Shown here: one piece after another, positions 14,342 to 26,695 of the stretch
Position numbering within the stretch: the first letter of the stretch is position 1
Layout of the letters: every line of letters begins with the position of its first letter
Notes under the pieces: model-generated
The model's database searches: none
What the model saw: the letters and a program-made list of their open reading frames with translations, nothing else
Told to the model about the DNA's origin: nothing
DNA from: Eledone cirrhosa
Taxonomy: Eukaryota
NCBI GenBank assembly: GCA_964016885.1
Contig: OZ024745.1
Span: forward strand, 99,944,001-100,008,000
Length of the DNA: 64,000 bases
Reading direction: 5' to 3'
Position numbers and translations under genes: made by a program

Positions 14342-17305
14342 GTAAGCATTGTGTTTGTGTTTGTCTGTTTCTATGGAAGTTATGGACCCAACCCTTCTAA
14401 ATGTGATGCGTTTTGAGATTACAAAAGAAAAACAAAAAGGTTTTAAGTTTATTTGTTCATCCTTCTACAGATGATATTTTAATGACAAAGCATATTCCAT
14501 ACTATGAGCTTCTGAAAGCCTCTTTGTTCATGGGTTGTTTATATGTGAAATGGATCTTTATAAGTTTATCTGATGTTGAAATACTTTTATAATTTATCTC
14601 ACTTGCATGAAAAGAATTGTTTTGCCATTTCTTTTCCTTAAGCTCTGTTTTCTCCCACATTCTTCAACTATGTTTTCTTTTCTATTTCATTCCATTACTC
14701 CTCTCCCAGCCTATGTTATCTTGAGAAGACAATGTTTGGATTATTTTCAAATATATTTATAAATTCTTTTTAAATATATATGAAACAGTTTCTTTAATGC
14801 AGACATCATTTACAAGAAAATGTAGCTATGGTTCGATTAATTAGCTATGAATGATATCTACAGTAAATCTTTATATTTTTTTTTGTGAATTTATTAGAAG
14901 TTTCAAGTTATTTTTAAGCTATATTCTTATATTTCCATATACTCATAATAAGCTATATTTTTGTATTTTCATACTTTTTTTCTCTAAAGAAGAATTTGAT
15001 TATAAATCCCTATCTTTTGCCACATTGTAATATGATATTTGTTTTCTTAAAAATATATATTGATAAATAAAAGAAAAGGGTGCTTTAAAAGTCTGTAATA
15101 GCGTATCACCTCCCATCCTACTCCTTTCATCATCTTTATTATTATTATTCTTAAGCCACCCACTATAATTTCCTTTCCTCTCTTTGTATTCATATTCATG
15201 ATTAAGAACTAACTAGTCTACTGACTGTAGGAAGTAGAGGTTTTAGCCGGCATGTGGCTGCCACATGCATGTGAAATTCAGTTATTCAGAAATTATTATT
15301 GGATAAGCAAAACCTCTTATATCCTTTTTTTTTTTTTTTTTATTATTCACTTTCTATCTTCTTGTTATAGTCTCAAAGATTTGCACTGGAATAAAGTAGC
15401 TATTAGACTTTACAGATCAAAAGTAAACTAAACAATGAAAGAATATACAGGATTAAAGAAACAGTTTTCGTAACAATAATAATACCATCACATTCCTTAG
15501 CTAACATTGTTTAGTATTACTTTTTTTTTCTTTTTATAATAGTCGCAATTTTTTTTATGATATCAGAATATTTTATTATCTTTACTTTTCATTCAATTCA
15601 AATTGAATGTTGTTAAGTAGATACCAGCCATATTAAACAATGTAAATATTTATTTAAAGGATATTTAGACTTATTTAAGATTCACTTATTTTAAAATTTT
15701 GCAAATGACGGGCATTTGTAAAATGTGATTCTTAGGTTCACTTAAATTTAGAGAGTTAAATAAAGAAACAAGATATAAATATTTCCCCTATTTAGAAAAC
15801 TACAAATGTTTCATTGTTGCAATCTAAACAAATATTACTTCTGGCAAGCAGACAATAATTGACTGTTTTTGTGAGGGATGTTATAGATGAATAGTATTTT
15901 CAAAAAGTTTATTTTAATTAAATTCATGTTTACAATGATTATTTATCTTTACTAAATGGAGTTAAAATTCTTGTATTGTTCTATTACTATTATAAATATA
16001 TTATTAGATGAAACACTCATACTCATTTTATTTATCAGATTGTGTAAGAGCTTGTATAACTTCTGCAGTAGATAATTCTTTTAAAAACATCCATCCTCTT
16101 AAATATTTAACAGAATTTAAAAAAATAATAATAGAAAACATATTTTGTTGTTAGGTAATAATCATACAATACTCCTTTGTATTCAATTTGATATTAAACA
16201 ATGTTGTTCTCGGGATTAATCTTACAGAGATTTAGGATATTACCACTTACAGATACTGGGAATGTATATCTTTATTCAGTTCCTGTATGAGCAAGACATG
16301 GTCACCTGACCTGGAATTGCCCACAACAGGACAACCCGTCTAACCCATGCTAGCATGGAAGAATGGACGTAAAACGGTGATGATGATGATTATGATTTAA
16401 ACCATGTAAATTAGTAATGGTTAAGAAAGAAAAGAATACTTATATTATAATGATAAGATTTGTCTTGTCTTGCTGATTGTGGAATTACATTAACCCTTTA
16501 GCATTTAAACTGGCTGTATCTGGCCAGAAATCTCTCACTTCTTTCTGTTCAAACCGGCTGTAATGACCGCTTATACTGATGTGAAGGTATTGTTCTTAAA
16601 ATAAGTAATATCAAAATCTCATAGATTCAATACTATGTAAGAGATTTATGTGAGATAAAGCCTTTACAACAAAAATACAATAGCATATATAGAGTAATGT
16701 AAATACTAAAGGGTTAAGCTTGAAACTTTATTTACCTCAATGTTTACTGTTCCATATAATTTGGGTTCTTAAATTTAATGAGTAAATGAAAATAACAGGA
16801 ATCATTATTACTGGAAAATCTTTGAATACTTTTAAATTGTTATCATTTTTATAATTCTAAAATTAATTCCATCAAATACATATCCTCAGGAGTTAGTCGG
16901 GGAGTCTCTCGTCTACAGCCCCTGGTCAGTCCCAATTAAATCATCCATGTTATTTCCATTTTTCTATGCTGGCATGTGTTGGGCAGAGCTTTTTAAGGCA
17001 GAATTCTAGTCAGATATCCTTCCTGAAGCCAACCCTCACTTGTTTTTTTTTTTGTTAATGTAAGCTACAGATTTTTGCATGTCTAAGAACTGAGCAACAG
17101 GATCTCTGTATGTGAAACATAAACATATGTCATTGACTGTGATGTCAAAAGAGAAGAGAACTATCTGAAAAATACACACATACACAAGAATACCAGCATA
17201 TATATATATATATAATAACCCTTAAGCAGGGAGAGCGGATGTTAGATAATGATTATATATATATATTATCATCATCATTTAACATCTGCTTTACCTGCTT
17301 ACGGT

Positions 17306-17341
<36 letters not shown>

Positions 17342-20300
17342 GCACCATGCGTTTTCAATATGGTGTGGCGTGTCAAACTTCAAGTATACTGCTCTATATG
17401 CTATTTTTTTTACTTCTATATTTCCATTAGAATGCTACAGACTATACCCCTGATGAGTTTTCTGAGTCTGCTGTGGTTTAATTATAATCGATAGTTCGTG
17501 ATCGATATCCGTTCACATAGATTGATTTTATATTACAGTTTTGTATCATAAAACTAGGTTTAGTCTCAGGTATGTTGGTGTCCAAAAAGTTAATACAACT
17601 GCAAAGTATACATGTATTAGGGTAGTTAACATTATAACCTCATTCAAAGTTATAATGCTACTTTACAACATAATAGTAGTTCATCATCATCATCATCATT
17701 TAACGTCCATCTTCCATGCTACCATGGGTGTAAATACTTAAACAATAAAAGAGTGTAAAATGGATAATAAAATAGATTAGTATTAAGTATAACAGTTGTA
17801 ATGTTTTTGTGTGTTATAGTTTGCTTTTTCCTATATATTGATGTTTTAATTTTTTTGTTATCAGGGAATTTAGTAAAGTAACTAATTTTTTTGTCAGTAG
17901 CTGATGTTTAGAACATTACTTAAAACAGGCAGTTTAATCCTTCAGCATTTAAGCCAGCTGTAACTGGTCGGAATTCTCTCACATCTTTCTTTTAAAACTG
18001 GCTGTAACTGGCCGTTCATACCGATGTTAAGGTATTGTTCTCAAAATAAATAATATCAAAATCTCATAGATACAATATTATATGAGATTAAGCTTTTACC
18101 ATGAAAATACAATAGTAAATGTAGATTAATGTAAATGCTAAAGGGTTATAATCATAGAGCTAGGTGTGGTTTTTGGCAGGTTTTAATCAAAAAGGTTAAG
18201 CTGATTTATTGGTAGAAATCTAGGTTTGCTGGACATTTGTATTTTGTGATCAAGTTGATCTACAGCTGTTCATTTGAATGTGTAGCACAACTACATGATG
18301 TATATGCTTTTTTTTTTCTCTATTTCTTTCTGGACTCTATTTTTGGCTGCTGGATTGTTTTAGTTTGAATTGCGTCATCAGTTAAATTAAAAGGCAAATT
18401 TGCTTTGAGCAGCAAATTAGTTAACAAGTCAAGTACCATTGTCATCAAAGTCGTTAATGTCATAAAACATATTTTTCAGCAGTTCATGTAAATGTTAGAA
18501 TTTGCAGAACAAAACAACTAGTACAGTACATCTGGTCCATTATTTTAATCATGTATATGCTTCAACTTTAACTATTTGAAACTGTATCCTCTATAATACA
18601 GTCAGAAGAGTCATCAAGATATAGAAAAGGTGCAATTCATGGCTAATCCATATAGTTCATGTAACTACATAGCCAACCCATGGTGTCCTTCATATCACTA
18701 TCCTATTAGTTATATTTGTATATTGACATCAGATCTTGTTACTTGTGTAGTTTTAGCTTGGATATTGGAAGGAGATTTGGTTGTTGCACTAAACATGTTG
18801 AGTGATTGCATGAAACTTCCTCCACTGTGACAACTTCCATCATGATATGCTGCTCACCCAATATTCATGGAACACCTACATTTTTAGACACAAGCATGGC
18901 CATGTGATTAAGAATTTCACTGTGCAACTTCTGCGATAGGAAGAGCAAGGCATATATCCTCAAATTGGAGACCTGTAACAGATTAGACTCTTATAGCATC
19001 CAAGGCCCAAATAGAGGTGTTAAACTGGATGACAGATTAAGTTTTACTACCTAAGTAGGCCATGATAGGATTTAAACTCAGCACACAAAAGAGCCAGAAC
19101 AAATACTGCAAGGCATCTTGTCCCAAAGTTTTGACAATTCTGCCAACCTCTCACCCTCAACTAGTATTTTATTTTATTTTTGCTAAGACTTGCAAAGCTC
19201 TTCTTAAACATGAAATTGGGTACCTCTATGCCATGGATCTGTTTCTGTATACCTGTTCATGGTTACTTAACCTCAATGACGTAAATACACAGACACCAGA
19301 ATTCATTTATTCAATTTTAAATCTAATTTGAAGTGGTAGATATTAAATTGTAAGTATTGTTAAATTTTATCATGGCTCATGTTCTTGAACTCAAAAGCTT
19401 TAATATAGCACTGTTTTTACTTCCCTCTACCAGACCACAATTCTAAATTCAGTGTTGTTTCTATCTAATCCAGACAAATACAAAGCACACACACAAAGGT
19501 AGGCAGGGTGTTATCTGTAGAATCAGTTTTCAAACAGTTGTTTTTTCAACTTGCTATAATTCATCTCTAGAAATTAAGATTACCAGTAATGAACAACTAA
19601 ACTCTGAGATGTAGTAAACCAAGTTTGGGAAGAAACTGAATGGAATATTGCCAACAACTAAACTTTATTTTGTCTCTCTATTCATTCATATATTAGAATT
19701 AGAGAATTGTAGATTAATATAATTATGAATTGAAATAATTGGGAACAGCCAACTCTTATGTGATTATATTCAGTCATTTTGACACGTAAAACTGAAAGTT
19801 GGTTTATATATATTATTTTCATGGTTTAGTTTCTAGTTGACTATAAAGTGTAGAATGTAATTTCATTTTGTTTGTAGGAATGTATTTCATCATTTATTTA
19901 AGGTGTGGATTGACATGTCACTTATATTTTAGGGCGTTTAAAGACTAAAAATTTGGTTTTGGATGGTTTTAATTTGCTGTGTCAATGTCAGAAGTATAAA
20001 AATTTTCCCCCAATTTTTTTTTTGCATTATCAATTGAATTTTCTGAAGCAAAATCTAAAATAGTGACAAACTTATTGAACTTTACATTATTATTAATATT
20101 TATCATTTAAAACATTACATAGCTATTTTGGCATACATGTTAGATTGGAGAATCTCATATGAAATATGTTTTTAAATTGTTTGTATATTCTTAGTGTGTG
20201 CTTTTAACACCCTGTATTGCATAAAACCACATTAGTAAAAGTAAAAATTAAAAAAAACTCACATCTCAATAACTGCATAACATCAAACATTAAAGTCTTT

Positions 20301-20900
20301 GCTTTAGTTTACTGCAAATTTTCATTATGATCTGTACACTAGTAAACATGCTATAAACATTTGAATTAACAAATCTGCTAATTCATTACAGGATGCTAAG
20401 AGTTAAATGTGAAGTATATATTGAATAGTTGTTAAAAGCTGCTTCAGGGTGGTTGGGGCTTATATAGGGTAGTGCCACATGGACACAAATTAGGGTTTGG
20501 TCAACTTCAATTGGGTTAGTTGGGTAAAAGTGTCTAATATTGTGCATCAAAAAAAATATGATATTTGAACATGAGATCTCCATTTGTGTTACCTGGGTAA
20601 GAGTCTCTAATGTTAAAAATTCTGAAATACACATTTGCTCCATTGATGTGTCCAGGTGCATCAAAAGATGATATTTGAACACGAGATAATCATTGACTTT
20701 TTAATAGATGTTATTTCTTCTTATATAAAACTTTCCATAATTTCATTATAGATTTTGACAACTTCACATTTGAAAAGTGTGTGTGTGTGCAGGGGGCAGT
20801 TATATTATCTAATTGGACATTATAAAATCTCGAAAATAGAATTCTCTCTTGTATTAAACATATATATTTATGCTATTGTTTTGTTTGCTTTCAATTGTAG

Positions 20901-21076
20901 ACCGCGCTCATGGAAAAGAATTTTCACGTCAATTTGAAGATGCATGTAACAAACTGGATGACTATGTTGTGAGTTTACAGAAAGAAATAGACCATAGGAC
21001 TGCCATGATAACCATGCTTGAGCAGAGTGAACTATTCTATGAAGACCAGTATCAGGAAGCTAAGATAGTTGCCAAT
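20901..21076 (+). CDS. RPRD2: RPRD2-like exon (CREPT domain)
   Basis: tgtag|AC; (D)RAHGKEFSRQFEDACNKLDDYV...FYEDQYQEAKIVAN resembles RPRD2 KKFSKEFEEASSKL...FYEAQYKEVKVVAN; donor |gtatgt; phase 1-0. Confidence 0.92.
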
Positions 21077-21193
21077 GTATGTTCATTTCTTTGTACAATC
21101 TTGAACTTATAAAACCGGGTGTTTTTTTTTGTGTTTTTTTTTAAATCTATGCTCGTCTGTAGTTGGACTTTAGCTCTGGCTTTTATAAATGTC

Positions 21194-21237
21194 ATTAACT
21201 GAGGTCTAGGATTAACTGAGGTCTAGGATTAACTGAG
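21194..21237. repeat. 17-bp tandem repeat (ATTAACTGAGGTCTAGG) x2.6
   Basis: Read directly from the sequence. Confidence 0.9.
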
Positions 21238-21453
21238 TGGGTTAGTGTAGTTTATGTTCAGTTTCATTTTTCTTAAAGATTACTGCTGGATGAGATAACA
21301 CAAACATTGCACAAGTTTGCATTCCAGGAAGAAGTGATTTTGTATGAAAATGATTAGGCATAGCATTTAGTATTGGGTTTTGAAGTAACAAGTGAAGGTT
21401 GACAATTGAGAACTTTGGTGAATGTGGTGTGAATAGATTATTTACAATATGTG

Positions 21454-22201
21454 TGTGGTGAATGATTATATGTACCAATGTAAACATTAAAAAAGATTTT
21501 ATATTTATCTAAAAGCCTTTCATTATAATTTTATGTTAAGTTATGTTGTAAACACCAACTTAATGAAAAAGTTAGCTATATCACTCAATCCATCCAAATT
21601 CTTCATTATTTTCAAAATTATTGGCAGGGCAGAGAGGAGATTTAGTCTTGCTGAATACATGACAGTCTTTCTAGTGCTGGTGACACAATAAAATGCATCT
21701 AGTACTCTGTAAAATAGTTTACATTAGGAAAGGCATCTGGCTGTAGGCCAACCCAGAATCTGGAATGTATGAAGACAGCATGATTCTCTATCCTTTCTAG
21801 TCATGAACCATGATAACACATCCAACCCATGTCAGTATGGAAAATTAACATAAAATGATGATGATTTATATATATATATATATATATATAAACAGATTCT
21901 GGGTTGGCCTACAGCCAGATGCCTTTCCTAATGTAAACTATTTTACAGAGTACTGGATGCATTTTATTGTGTCACCAGCACTAGAAAGACTGTCATGTAT
22001 TCAGCAAGACTAAATCTCCTCTCTGCCCTGCCAATAATTTTGAAAATAATGAAGAATTTGGATGGATTGAGTGATATAGCTAACTTTTTCATTAAGTTGG
22101 TGTTTACAACATAACTTAACATAAAATTATAATGAAAGGCTTTTAGATAAATATAAAATCTTTTTTAATGTTTACATTGGTACATTTAATCATTCACCAC
22201 A
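21454..22201. repeat. Near-perfect 309-bp inverted repeat with 130-bp spacer
   Basis: 21454-21762 is the reverse complement of 21893-22201; I count 2 mismatches. Confidence 0.95.
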
Positions 22202-23422
22202 TATAATCATTCACCCGGCGGCTGTTAGGGCAAGACGTGTTTTCTTGGGCTCTGCTAGAGTCAGCAGCAACACACAACCACGTGTTGCTACACACAAGGA
22301 AATAAAAAAAAAATGATGAGACCAATAGAGATATGTACATTTATATCTAATTATTGTTATTATCATTTACAGATGTCCCTCTGTGTTTAATGTAAAAACA
22401 TGTTCATTAGTATATGTGTTGTTATTTCTGTTTACATTTTACATACATATATATATATCAATGCTTACGTGGACCTCTCAAAATTCGTTGGATTTTCTAA
22501 TTGGATTTTCACCCCGAAACTGGATACCAACCCTGAGTACACCTGAACTTCCACCAGGAAATCTTTCGTATCATTGAAATTTTCTTTGCTTCTTATATAT
22601 TATATATACTTGTCCGCCATTGCAAAAGGCCATAAATTCAAAATTTTGAAGAGAGAGGAAAAGAGACAAGTGAACTATGAACTTGTACATCTCACTGACC
22701 CCCGTCACCACAATAACAATGTCTACACTCGCTCCCCACCATCACCACATTACTCATTACTCTATCTAAGGTGGCTGACCTGTTGACTGTTGACATACTG
22801 CTAACTCTTTTGATGTATGTATGTGTATATACATATATATATATGTGTGTATGTATATGTATATCTCAGTGGATGCGACCAGATTTCAACACCGCAACAA
22901 CTACAACAACAACAGCAACAACACCATTGTCTGTGTTGAATGTGTGTGTATGTATGTATTTATCTATATGCGACTACAATAACAGTATCAACACCATTGT
23001 CTGCAGCATCAGTGAAATGAAGAACAACAACGGCAGCAACAACAACAACAACAACAGCAACAGCAGCAACAACTGCCACCACCATCACTGACTATCCACC
23101 ACCACCACCATCACCATACTGACACCATTCACCACCACCACCACCACCATTACCAGCGTAAAGCAAACAATTATTATTATTATTATATAAAAACTGAACT
23201 GGACTGGGAAAAGTCAACAGTTGACATGATTTTGACTTTGTATTTGTATCAGTACTGCCGGTAATATATATATATATATGTGTGTGTTTGTGAGTGGTGT
23301 GTGTGTTTGTATGCATGAATGAGTGTTGGTATGTGAGTGGCGTGTGTGTGGTTGTGGTTTGTATGCATGAGTGTTGGTGTGTGTGTGTCGTGTCAATTTT
23401 TTTTTTTTTTTTTTTTTTTTTT

Positions 23423-26400
23423 AAATGACCATGCTGTAAAATGGAAGGGTAGAGAGGGCCCTTGAGTCTAGTAAGACATCCTCTCTAGTGCTGGTGGCAC
23501 AAATAAAAGCACCCAGTCCATGCTGTAAAGTGGCGCTGGTGTTAGGAAGGGCATCCAACCAGTGTATCAATGCCAAAACGCTTATCAGCACAGCAACAAA
23601 TAGGAACAACAACAAAATATGAAGACGTCGCATCTCAGAGTTGCAACACTTAATGTTGGCACTCTCAGAGGTAGATCTGCTGAAATAGCGGAGATGCTGG
23701 AGAGAAGGCATGTGGATGTGTGCTGCGTGCAAGAGGTGAGATGGAGAGGTGCCTCTGCGAGACTAGTCGTAGGCAAACGTCTTAGCTATAAGCTATTCTG
23801 GGTAGGTAAGGATGATGGTTTAGGGGGAGTAGGCATTTTCCTGGCTGAGAAATGGATCAATAAGACAATAGAAGTAGTTCGAGTTAGTAATCGACTAATT
23901 AAGCTTAGATTAGTTGTAGGCAGGAGACTACTGACAATCATCTCGGCCTATGCTCCCCAAGCAGGCCTAGGCAAAGATGAGAAAGACTGCTTTTACGAGC
24001 AACTTTTACAAACAACCGCAATGACAGAGGACGGAGACATTGTTATGCTAGCAGGAGACTTCAATGGTCATGTTGGACAGCTCCAGGATGGTTACACTGG
24101 GGTACATGGTGGGCACGGTTACGGCTCAAGAAATGAAGAAGGAGTGAGACTTCTTGAATTTTGTGATGCAGGTACATTGACTATTTGCAACACAAACTTC
24201 CAGAAACCTGCCAATCACCTAATAACCTACAAATCTGGTGAGCACATAAGCCAGATTGACTTCTTACTAGTTAGGCAGCGGGACAGGCAGATAGTGTCTA
24301 ATACCAAGGCATACCCTGGGGAAGAATATACTCCACAGCATAGGTTAGTCGTTAGTGATATCTCAGTAAGCAAGAGATGGAATGAGACATACTGGAAGGT
24401 GTGGAGAAGAAAGGTCTGGAAGCTAAAAGACCTTTCACTAAAATACAAATTTAGGAAAGCCCTTCAAGATGTATATGACGAAAAAGAAGTCGATTTAGAG
24501 ACGTATGACATAGATAATAACTGGAATTTCTTACGTGACAACTTGCTGCAGGCTACTGATGAAACTTGTGGCTGGAGCAGAGCTCCAACCAGACAGAGAG
24601 TGACCTGGTGGTGGAACAGCACAGTAGATAAGGCCATTAGAGACAAAAGACTAGCATGGAAGGCTTGGAAAAAGGGTGGGAGTAGGGAAGAATATACAGC
24701 CACTAAGAGAGAAGCTAGATGTCAGGTGCACTTAGCACGCAGGGAGGTGGAGAGTAGGAGGTTTGCCAATGTTCTGCGACGGGAAGATCAGAGGCGTGCG
24801 GTGTTCCACATTGCAAGGCAGTGTGTCAATGAAAATCAGGATGTTGTTGGAGATAAATGTGTCCGGGATGATGCCGGTGTACTTAGTGTCACGAATGATC
24901 AGAAAAAGGAGGCCTGGAAATGTCATTATGAGAGACTGATGAATGTAGAGAACAAATGGGAGAGAGAGAAATTACCCTTAGTAGATCCGACAGAGGGACC
25001 AGCTATTGAGATTGACAAATATAGGGTCCCAAGAGGCGATTAGGGAAATGAAAAATGGTAAGGTTGCTGGACCATCGGGAATAGTTGCTGAGATGCTGAA
25101 GGCATCAGGGGATGTAGGCACTAAACTGGTTGCACGCATCATCAATCAGGCTATATATGGTGGTGTCATACCCAAAGACTGGTGCAGCAGTATTCTCATA
25201 AATTGCTACAAAGGTAAAGGGGATGCTCTGGAGAGGAGCAATTATAGGGGTATAAAACTGATGGATCAGGTTATGAAAGTGGCAGAAAGGATATTAGCAC
25301 AACTAATTAGAGAAAGAGTCAAACTAGATGAGATGCAGTTTGGTTTTGTGCCTGGGAAGAGTACAACAGATGCCCTCTTCTTGGTGAGACAATTGCAAGA
25401 GAGGTTCTTAGAGAAAAATAAGCCACTATACTTAGCCTTTGTTGACCTAGAGAAGGCCTTTGATAGGGTACCCCGATCTGTCATCTGGTGGTCCCTAAGG
25501 AAGCTAGGTGTTAAGGAATGGCTTGTGAGGACAGTGCAAAACTTTGTACAGAGGTACTCTCAGTAAAGTCAGGGTAGGAATGGAGTTTAGTGAGGAATTC
25601 CAGATACAAGTAGCAGTACATCAAGGTTCGGTCCTCAGCCCGCTCTTGTTCATTATAGTCCTCCAAGCCATAACAGAGGAGTTTAAGACTGGCTGTCCAT
25701 GGGAACTTCTCTATGCTGACGATCTGGTTCTTATAGCAGAATCAGTAGAGGAGCTAGAGAAGAAATTCTGGCTATGGAAACAGCAGTTGGAAGCAAGAGG
25801 ACTGAGAGTGAACCTAGCTAAGACAAAAGTGTTGATGAGTAGAAAAGAGGACAAAACCCTGATTCCGTCAGGGAAATGGCCAAGTTCGATATGCAGAAAA
25901 GAAACTGGCATAAATTCTATAAAATGCACACAATGCAGATCCTGGGTACACGAGATGTAGCGGGATAGCAGGCAAACTAACAGGTAGGGAGAAATATGTA
26001 TGCAGTAGATGTACAGGGAAATTAGACAGTAGAAGTTGCATTGATGGACACATTTTTCAGATGCAGGAGGGCACTATAGAAGTGGTGGATAGCTTCCGGT
26101 ACCTATGAGATCAGATTAGCATGGGAGGAGGGTGTTCCGAGGCCATAGTATCTAGAATAAGGACGGGTTGGAATAAGTTTAGGGAGCTGCTTCCTCTGTT
26201 GACGAAGAAGGGTTTCTCCCTGCTTACGAAAGGCCGGTTGTATGATGCCTGTGTGAGGAGCCCGATGCTGCATGGTTGTGAGACATGGGCAGCAACTGCA
26301 GAGGATATGCAACGGCTGGAGAGAAATGAGGCAAGCATGCTCCGTTGGATGTGCGTGAACGACCCAGCATAAATGTGTTGAGAGAGAAACTGTGTCTGAG

Positions 26401-26689
26401 AGGGATAGAATGTAGTGTACGGGAGAGGAGACTGAGGTGGTATGGACATGTGATGCGCATGGAGCATGACCGATGGGTGAAGAAGTGCCAGGAAATGCCA
26501 GTTGAAGGAAGACGTGGTAGAGGTAGACTACGAAAAACATGGGCGGAGGTGGTGAGAACAGATCTCAGATCATTGAAGCTCACGGTGGAGATGACGAAGG
26601 ACCGTGACGAGTGGAGAGATGCTGTGCTGAATAAGACCCGTCCCACCCTTGGAAGCAGGGAAAAGCGGACGTAAAATGATGATGATGAT
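23423..26689 (+). mobile_element. Near full-length RTE-clade LINE (family A), APE endonuclease + RT, frameshifted
   Basis: ORF pieces 23619-25043, 25006-25566, 25544-25960, 26121-26372, 26345-26674 with APE motifs (TLNVGTL, QEVRW, GDFNGH, QIDF, PQHR) and RT motifs (QFGF, FVDLEKAFDRV, QGSVLSP, YADD); (ATG)n tail; at least 4 frameshifts and an in-frame TGA near 26106. Confidence 0.95.
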
Positions 26690-26695
26690 ATATAT

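Noticed and set aside
22771-23396. N/T/H-rich ORFs
   Set aside because: Microsatellite translations with no splice or homology support
23619-26674. Active or domesticated RT gene
   Set aside because: At least four frameshifts and a premature stop, so not intact unless these are assembly errors
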